DNA of 64,000 nucleotides from an uncultured Methanomassiliicoccales archaeon (GTDB lineage: Archaea > Thermoplasmatota > Thermoplasmata > Methanomassiliicoccales > UBA472): contig OY968769.1 of the NCBI GenBank assembly GCA_963695345.1, positions 704,001 to 768,000 on the forward strand, written 5' to 3'. Of this stretch, positions 56,680 through 64,000 are shown piece by piece. How positions within the stretch are numbered: position 1 is the first letter of the stretch; each line of letters opens with the position of its first letter. Made by a program: the position numbers and the translations under genes. Below the pieces are notes generated by a model. The model did no database searches. It saw only the letters and a list, made by a program, of their open reading frames with translations, and was not told the DNA's origin.

Positions 56680-57170
56680 TTGCCGATGGAGATGGCGTTC
56701 GAGGCGCCGTAGGCATTTATTCCAAGTTTCTGATTAGAAAAGGATTGGCAGATGAGCTATCACCCGGCCAATTGTTCATGGATATCAGGTCAGTCAGTAG
56801 TGTCGTTGTGGACGACGATGGGGCCGTGTTCGAGCATCGGGGATGAGAGGCACATGGCAGACACCTGTCGGGCCGGCCCGATGAACAATGCTCCGGCGAG
56901 CGAGACCATCATCACCACTGCAAGCAGTGCGGGGATGATGCTTCCCTACTGTTACTGAAAGAACACTTAGTTACCTGTCGATCATTAGCAACCCCCTGAA
57001 CGTTAAAATTGGTGCTTGCGCATTAGAGGGGGGTAAGTCCGATTACCCTTTCTGATGATACCTATTATATCGTTTGACGATACCGACCATACAACCGTTA
57101 TTATCGAACTGGGATGTTTAGAATAACGAAAAATGGAAGGAGATGGTTCCATGAAAATTGCCGATATATT
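56680..57170 (-). pseudogene. Decayed direct-repeat copy of the promoter and 5' end of the giant surface-protein gene (48046-48540)
   Basis: 56805-56942 matches 48174-48311 at 134/138 nt; flanks are alignable but diverged, with indels. Confidence 0.88.
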
Positions 57171-57477
57171 GTATTCACTAGGGATTATCCTGAATGGAGA
57201 TTTCTCTCAATTTGGGGTTGCTTCAAGATTATTCTGAATCATTTTAATAAATTGAAATACGTCTCTACCTGGATGGGTGGAAAATATCCCACAAACATTG
57301 TAATAAAAAAGAGGATACCTCGATACTGTATTTGATGAAATAATTTCTTCCATTGTCTTATGCACTCTTTCCTGATACCTATTATTGATTCGGCGCAGAG
57401 AATATCTCCCAACTGGATTTCAGATCACAATATTGATCTGCTAATATTACAGTTAGTCCTCAACTCGAGGGGAAGTT

Positions 57478-59103
57478 ATGAGTGTCGTAGAGGAAATTAG
57501 AAGTGAGGTTCGAACAATAGCATCAGATAGGAATCTGAATGACGATCGAGCTTTCGGTTATTGGTTCCTTGAGGGGTTTGAGGATTTTAGTCCAGAAGAG
57601 GCGGAGTCTTGCATTGTTGATGGTCCCTGGGATGGGGGAAGAGATGCAGTATTTTTCGATGAAGATGAGTCTATTTTGAAAATATACCAGTTTAAATTCT
57701 CCAATTCTATTGATTATGTAAAAAAAGCATTTGCCGATATTCAAAAGGCTCTAATAAATGAAAAAGACAACGCGTCTCGTGCAAAGCAGGTACAGTTGAT
57801 CGTAGTATCATTGGTTGATTCAAATCAGGATATTCTAAGAATCGAGAGATCAGCAAGAACTCGAGCGAGAAAATGGATCAAGAAGCAAAATCTTGCTACT
57901 GAAATCGATCTGAAACACTATGATTTGAATGAATTCAAAAAAATGCTAGATAGAATTCAAGGAGTGAACCTTTCTATCAGTTTTAAATCCAAACCAGTTA
58001 TCGACGGAAGAGATCTGATCGGACTAATTAATGCAAATGAGCTTAGAGAACACATAAATGATGATAATATTCTTGCTTTTAACATAAGAAAATTCCTTGG
58101 ACTCAGAAAGGGATCAGTAAATTATCAGATTAGGCAGACTCTCGAGAATGAAGATCTCAGACCAAAATTTTGGAATCTGAATAATGGAATCGTTACACTG
58201 TGCACAAATGGTAGAGAAGAGAGTTCATCAGAAAATAAATGGAAATTTGAAAACTTTACAATAGTAAATGGGGCTCAAACAATCAACACTATTTCAAGAT
58301 TCCTCGATGATTCACCAACATTAAGAGACGATCCAATTTGGGTAGTGGCCAAAGTCATTGTAGTCGACGATACTAATATTGAAGAAGCTCTCATATTAAC
58401 CAAAACATCTAACAGTCAAACAGCGACAAACGATAAGGATCTAAGAGCAGTAGATCCGACACATAAAACACTGAAGAGATGGTTTGATCAATACTATTCT
58501 TTCAAATACTTAACAAGAAGAGGAGAAAAAGTAAAAAGAGACACTCCATCGATAACAATGAAGGATTTGGCACAGTCATATGTTGCGTTCTCTATGGATA
58601 TGCCAAATGTTTCATTTTCACAACCAGGAAAGATATTCGAACATGCGAATTTTTATTCCGTTGTGTTCCCTGACTCTGTCATATCTATTCTCGACAAAAC
58701 AGGAGGAGAGGACAAGCAGAGAAATTTCATTCTCCAGAGATTAGTACCAACATTATTACTATGGAAGATACGCCCCTATGTTAAACAAAAAGCACAAGAT
58801 TCTAATGATCTTAAGTGGAAATCTGTTTCTTATCATATCTTGTGGTTATATGGATGTATGTTCAAAGAAATGAAGATTGAAGATTGGAAGAAGATACATT
58901 CTAATCTGGATTTTATCTTTGCTTCTACTATTGAATTATTCTATGAATATCTTCATAACATGACAGAATTCAACCCATCTATTGAAATTCCTAGAGATCT
59001 TAAAAACACCAAGATTATGGAAGAGATAAAAAGGAGCAAGATCTTTGAGAAACCTGGATTCAAATCGATAATTATAAAAATTGATTCAATAAATAAGGAA
59101 TGA
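57478..59103 (+). CDS. AIPR (abortive infection phage resistance) family protein
   Basis: N-terminal DGPWDGGRDAV...YQFK; NIRKFLG, FWNLNNGI, IVNGAQT, SNSQT...DL; markedly AT-rich relative to the host genes. Confidence 0.88.
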   Translation: MSVVEEIRSEVRTIASDRNLNDDRAFGYWFLEGFEDFSPEEAESCIVDGPWDGGRDAVFFDEDESILKIYQFKFSNSIDYVKKAFADIQKALINEKDNASRAKQVQLIVVSLVDSNQDILRIERSARTRARKWIKKQNLATEIDLKHYDLNEFKKMLDRIQGVNLSISFKSKPVIDGRDLIGLINANELREHINDDNILAFNIRKFLGLRKGSVNYQIRQTLENEDLRPKFWNLNNGIVTLCTNGREESSSENKWKFENFTIVNGAQTINTISRFLDDSPTLRDDPIWVVAKVIVVDDTNIEEALILTKTSNSQTATNDKDLRAVDPTHKTLKRWFDQYYSFKYLTRRGEKVKRDTPSITMKDLAQSYVAFSMDMPNVSFSQPGKIFEHANFYSVVFPDSVISILDKTGGEDKQRNFILQRLVPTLLLWKIRPYVKQKAQDSNDLKWKSVSYHILWLYGCMFKEMKIEDWKKIHSNLDFIFASTIELFYEYLHNMTEFNPSIEIPRDLKNTKIMEEIKRSKIFEKPGFKSIIIKIDSINKE

Positions 59104-59169
59104 TTTGTTCATAGCACTGGTCCAGGCATCGAATTGCTTCGGGGCTTACAGGATCTGTGAATCTAAACC

Positions 59170-59823
59170 TCACCAAATATGAGGGAAGAGCCTGTAATTG
59201 ACCTTCTTCAATACTCAGTATATCCTTCCAGTTCCTTGTTGAGCATCTTCTCCTCACCGATTATCCTCCCCATCAGGAGAACAGTGACCGCTAAACCGAC
59301 AAACACCCCAAATACCGAGCCGAGCAGCAACGGTGCACCGATCAGCATCAGGATCGCCCCTAGGTACATCAGGTGCCTGACGAAACGGTATACGTCGGTG
59401 GAAACAACCGTCTACTACTTTGCTCCTGGATCCGGACCAACGGTGACAGGAACGTATTTTCCGCGTATGACCAGAAGAAGAGATAGTACGATCCGACCAG
59501 CCAGGAGCGGAAAGACCGAAGACCATCCATACCGTCTGGCATCCAACGGCATATCAATTATCAAGGAGGTGAACCAGACGACAGTCCAACGACGACGCAC
59601 CTGTCCAGCCTTTCTCGTTACCCGTGCCGGGCTTCTTGTATCGTTCCTCCAGAAGCACCGGGTCCTTCCGATAAAAGTAATAGATCGCGGAATAGCAGAG
59701 CAGTATGAGCCAGATGCTGAACGCCCACCCCTCCGACCAGGCCAGGTCCCAGGAGAGTAGGATGATCAGTACCGGGAACAGCAGAATGGACAGCGATGAG
59801 CCGATGACCTTGGTGACCATCAC
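59170..59823 (-). pseudogene. Isoprenylcysteine carboxyl methyltransferase-family remnant
   Basis: Fragments in different frames: DPVLLEER, LDARRYGWS, ENTFLSPLVRIQE, VYRFVRHLMYLG, EEKML..ELEGY, YRLFPHIW*; several frameshifts in 650 bp. Confidence 0.65.
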
Positions 59824-60088
59824 TCTACCGAAGCGGTAACGGCATTGGGTTGCTAGTCATTGTTGCCAGAACGTTCAGATTGCACAAGGATTACGACAAA
59901 ATTGACATACTATTGATCCCCGAGGGATCCTTCATCGGGTCGGAACTGCTTCCTCTTAGACGGCTCCAGTTCGAACCCCTGCGACTAGGAAATTACAGCC
60001 ATCCCCATTCGGTTAATCCTAACGAAATGATGAGATCTCTCGGGCTTTCTCCCCTCCTCCTCGGTTGGGTATCTCCGTAACGCTGAGA

Positions 60089-62826
60089 TCATACCGCCGG
60101 ACCAGGTGCCGGAGGGCCGTCGACCTCCAAGATGGGAGGTTCCGCCTTCTCGATGAAACGGAACTGCCCCGGAGGTATCAGCATCTCGAATCGCGCCCCC
60201 TCGCCCGGCTTCCCCGTCTCCTTGATGGTGATACTGGTTATGGACAGTACCTCTCGGGAAAGGAACAGGCCCAGACCCGTCCCATGGCCGCGGCCCTTCT
60301 CGAATATCCTTTCCTTCTCCCGAGCTGGCACCCCCGGTCCGTTGTCCTGATACGCCGCCCGGCTTCCCTGTCTCCCTGATCGTGATCCCGGTTATCGACA
60401 GGACCTCCCGGGAAAGGAACAGACCCAGACCCGTCCCATGGCCGCGGCCCTTCTCGAATATCCTCTCCTTCTCCCTGACGGGTACACCCGGCCCGTTGTC
60501 CTGGTACGAGATCGTCAGTCCCTGCTCGGCCACTTCGCAGTCGATGTTCACGCACACGAACTTGCCGGCGTACTTGACGCTGTCCTCCAGCAGGTTGTGG
60601 AACACCTTCTTCAGCATCGGGTCGGCGCTCACCTCCAGCGCCCTGGCCCGTCCCGGATATCTCCAGCGACTCCAGCCACTTGACGATGTCCAGCCCCTCC
60701 ACCGTTTGGGCCACGTTCTGCCAGCACGGGGCGGTCGTCCCCAGCCCCTGGTAGTCCCGGGCGAACTCGATGTGCGAGCCGATGATGGTCGCCGCCCGCT
60801 CTATCCGCCTCAGCCGGTCGGCGGGATCGGAGTTCGGCAGCTTGGCCCGCTCGACGTTGCCCATGATCACCGTGACCTGGTTCTGGATATCGTGGTGCGT
60901 TATGTCCCCCAGCAGCTCGAGCTTGTGCCGCACCTTGCGCATCTCCATCTCCGCCTCCTTGCGCTCGGTGATGTCCCTCAGCGTGATGATCGTGCCCTCG
61001 TACACCCCGTCGGTGAACACCGGGTTCGGCGAAACGGTGGCCCAGAACTTGGAGCCGTCGCTCCTGCGCAAGCGGTGGTCCATCTGTCCCCGACGACGTT
61101 TCACCGAGTTGGGGATCAGGGCGTCCTTCGAGCCTTCGCACAGCAGCGCGCTGGAATCCATCCCGATCATCTTCTCCATGGGGAGCGCCACGATCTCCGA
61201 CGCCCTTTCGTTGGCGAAGACAATCCGGTTGTCGGTGTCGATGGCGATTATTCCCTCGGACAGGCAGTCCAGGATGCGGTTCTGCTTGAGCTTGGTCTCC
61301 TTGATCATCCGGCGCGTGCTCTTGGCGTTGGAGATGTCCTGCACGATGCCGAACAGAAGGGTCCGTCCCTTGTAGTTGATCGGAGCCAGGAAGATCTCCA
61401 CGTCCCGGGTCTCCCCGTTCTCCAGCCGGTGCGGGGCGAAGAAGTAGTTGTTCTCGTTGTTCCGGGCCGACCGCAGCCGGTTCCAGTAGTCCTCGAACGG
61501 AAGGATGCTGATGTCCGACAGCTTCATCTTGGAGATGGCGAGTTCAGTATATCCGTAGAACTTGCAGGCCGCCTTGTTGGCGTGCACGATCTGGCCGGTC
61601 TCCGGCTCGATGAGGAGCATGTTGGCCGGGTTGTTGACGAACAGGCTGCGGCTGTTCTCCTTCTGCTGCATCAGGCGGGTCTCGAACTCCTTCTGCTCGG
61701 TGATGTCCTTGAAGCTGAAGAACCGCCCCAATATCTCGCTGCCGATGCGTTCCGGCGTGGAATAGACCTCGGCGAAGCGTCCGTCCTGGAACTCCAGGAG
61801 CAGATTGCTGTCCTCGGGGCGGGTCCAGCATTCCTCGACGTACTTCGCGAACCGGGCGGGGTCCTTCAGCTGGTTCTTGGCGTAGTCGATGACCCTCTTC
61901 CCGGAACCGGCCTCCATGATGGACGGAGGGATCCTCCACATATCCTGGAACCGCAGGTTGTGCTCCGATATGACCCCCTCGTTGGTTATCACCAAAATGC
62001 CTTCGTCGCTGGAGTCGAGCGTGGCGCGAAGTACCGCCGTGGAGTGCTGGAGCTTCATCTCCGCACTCTTCAGCGCGGTGACGTCGTTGCCGATGGCCAG
62101 CAACTCCGTCAGCCGTTCCTCGGCGTCACGTACTTCGCGCAGGGTCCAGGAGACCCATGCCTCCTTGCCTTCCGACCGGGCCGGGAAGGTGTAGCTGTCG
62201 CCGTGCCGGTCGGATGAGATGAATGCCTGGAACTGCTCGGCCAGGGGTAGTTCGGGATAGTCCCCGGGAATGATCAGGGTGCCGATGACCGGCCTTCCGA
62301 TGGTCTCCGGCCCGAGGCCGAAGAACTGTTTGCCGAAGGTGTTCAGGAAGATGATGTTGCCCACCGGGTCCAGTTTGAGTATGATGCTGTTGGCGCCCTC
62401 CACCAGGTCCCGGTACTTCCTCTCGCCCTGGGCCACCAGGCCTTCCGCCTTGCTCCTCTGCGCCAGCTGGATGATGGCGTTCTTCAGCTCCCGGAACTGG
62501 ACGTTCGGGTCGCCCCCCTTCTGCAGGTAGAAATCGGCCCCGTTGTTGAGCGCCTCGATGGCGACCTCCTCCCGCCCCCTGCCGGTGAACAGGATGAACG
62601 GGGTGCGGTCACCGATACCCCGTAACGCCTTGAGAAGTTCTATGCCGTTCATCTCCGGCATCTGGTAGTCGCACACGACCACGTCGTAGTGGTCGGTTGA
62701 GATGCTGTCAAGCGCCCGCCGAGGGTATCCCTCGATGTCCACCTGTATCTCGTCGTCCTCCTCGAGAAACAGCTTGGTTATCTCAAGCAGTCTCGGTTCA
62801 TCATCGACGTAGACGACACGGGGCAT
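60089..62826 (-). CDS. Archaeal hybrid sensor kinase REC-(PAS)4-HisKA-HATPase; extra G near 60653 and out-of-frame duplication in the HATPase
   Basis: VVYVDDE, CDYQMP, HHDIQNQ, ADPMLKKVFHNL, QDNGPG, GHGTGLGL, GARFEMLIP. Confidence 0.85.
60203..60508 (-). repeat. Diverged tandem repeat (154-bp period) of the HATPase G1-F-G2 segment
   Basis: GCCCGGCTTCCC at 60203 and 60357; the copies encode PVREKERIFEKGRGHGTGLGLFLSREVLSITGITIRETGKPG and PAREKE...ITSITIKETGKPG. Confidence 0.85.
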
Positions 62827-63012
62827 TGCCAGGCAGCATCGGCTAAAGGGAACTAATAGATTGCCATGGGACAGGCCTGACGGTGTTCTGTTGATATCTG
62901 TGAGGACATCGCTTCCCAGGCCTATGGAGACCGATCCTTTGGCGAACGGATCGCCTCACCTCATCCATAAAAGAGATCCGGGGTCTTATCGACCCCTTCG
63001 GCATGAAACGGA

Positions 63013-63183
63013 TCACGGCTTGATGGCGGCCTTGATCTTCACCATCATGTCCGGCGGGACTTCCTTCAGATCATGTGCCGTTGCGGCGTGAGTGGCGATC
63101 GCCTTCATCATTTCTTCATCGGTCTTGGTCTTGATCTCGAACGGGCATTGCATCCCGGTGTCTGCGCATTTGAACGACGGCAT
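63013..63183 (-). CDS. DUF1059-family small metal-binding protein (56 aa, absent from the ORF track)
   Basis: MPSFKCADTGMQCPFEIKTKTDEEMMKAIATHAATAHDLKEVPPDMMVKIKAAIKP: C-x6-C ... H-x4-H pattern. Confidence 0.85.
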   Translation of the reverse strand: MPSFKCADTGMQCPFEIKTKTDEEMMKAIATHAATAHDLKEVPPDMMVKIKAAIKP

Positions 63184-63301
63184 CTTCCAACCTTCGGGAC
63201 CGACTTCGTAACGACGTTAATAAAAAGCTATCTAGTCGATCCGGCGGATTTCTGAGAGTCAAGGGTCATGGCCCTGGGGGCCAGGTGACGGAAGAAATGG
63301 A

Positions 63302-64000
63302 TCAGGCCCTCCTCCGCCGGATCAGTATGATGGCGCCGACCATGGCGGCGCAGGTCCCGCCGACCACCAGGATCAGCAAGAGCCCGTTGCCCGGGTCCGG
63401 GTGCAGCGCCCCCGGCTCCACCGTCAGGCCTCCGCTCGTTACCGCATCGGCGGTCATCGTCACGCCCATGCTCTTTGCCAGGTATCCGACCTCCGTGAAC
63501 TCCAGGGCGTAGCTGCCGATGGCCACATCGTAGAACGTGAAGGCCCCCTTCGCGTCCGATGTCGTCTCCCGCACGGTGTCGATCGCGGTCGACGCGGCCA
63601 GGCCGATCTGCCCCAGGCCCGTCCGGGCGGCGGTCGGTCCGCCGATCAGCCTCACGACGGTGTTGGGCAGCGGTTTCCCGTCATGTCCGTACAGGATGCC
63701 CGATATCTTGCCCACCATGGCGGTCTGGAACATCCAGCTCTCCTCGACGGTGTTCCCGGCCAGGTCGAAGCCCCTGACAAAAACGGTGTAGGTGGTTATC
63801 CCCGTCAGTGCCTGCGACGGCGTGAAGATGAGGTTGTCCCCGGCCCATTGAAGATTTCCCTGGACGCCGGTGATGGAGACGGTCGACAGGGACCGGTCCA
63901 TCGCCTCATCGAAGGTGACCGTCACCGATATCAGGGTGGACTCGCCGGCGCCGGTCGGTGACCGGGTCATCAGGACCGGCGCCAAGGTATCGACGGTGAA
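63302..64000 (-). CDS. 3' end of a second Ig-type surface protein (SbsA-type Ig, carboxypeptidase-regulatory-like domain, TM, basic tail); 5' part outside the window
   Basis: Frame open to the window edge: FTVDTLAPV...VTFDEAMD...GFDLAGN...WMFQT; GKISGIL; TM followed by RRRRA. Confidence 0.85.
   Translation of the reverse strand, partial: FTVDTLAPVLMTRSPTGAGESTLISVTVTFDEAMDRSLSTVSITGVQGNLQWAGDNLIFTPSQALTGITTYTVFVRGFDLAGNTVEESWMFQTAMVGKISGILYGHDGKPLPNTVVRLIGGPTAARTGLGQIGLAASTAIDTVRETTSDAKGAFTFYDVAIGSYALEFTEVGYLAKSMGVTMTADAVTSGGLTVEPGALHPDPGNGLLLILVVGGTCAAMVGAIILIRRRRA

Noticed and set aside
56680-57170. Diversity-generating retroelement TR/VR pair with 48046-48540
   Set aside because: No reverse transcriptase in the window; differences include indels and non-adenine changes; the repeat covers a promoter and signal peptide rather than a C-terminal variable region

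Overview
Chromosomal window of an archaeon, most likely a Methanomassiliicoccales-type methylotrophic methanogen. This is inferred from the DRG/TGS GTPase, GGTGA-type Shine-Dalgarno sites, archaeal REC-PAS-HK kinases, and URO-D-fold methyltransferases with a corrinoid protein. The window is dominated by one giant minus-strand surface-protein gene (48356->23783, about 8,190 aa once indels are repaired). That protein has a signal peptide, a beta-helix head, an FN3-like domain, 85 Ig-like repeats with a 10-domain higher-order periodicity, a TM anchor and a folded cytoplasmic domain. Downstream of it is a 3-gene module: a degenerate PstS-like binding protein, an output-less HAMP receptor and a 74-aa protein. 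Upstream is a methyl-transfer module with two MtaA-family enzymes, a corrinoid protein, a SatP/AceTr-type channel, a divergent RHH regulator and no classical MT1. That module lies between the giant gene's 5' end and a decayed copy of the same 5' end/promoter. Also present: four histidine kinases (one with a degenerate ATP-binding domain), a stand-alone AT-rich AIPR defence gene, and the 3' end of a second Ig-type surface protein. Many genes are broken by single-base insertions that look like long-read sequencing errors. No rRNA, tRNA, CRISPR array or transposase was recognised. All family assignments are by motif recognition, not database search.
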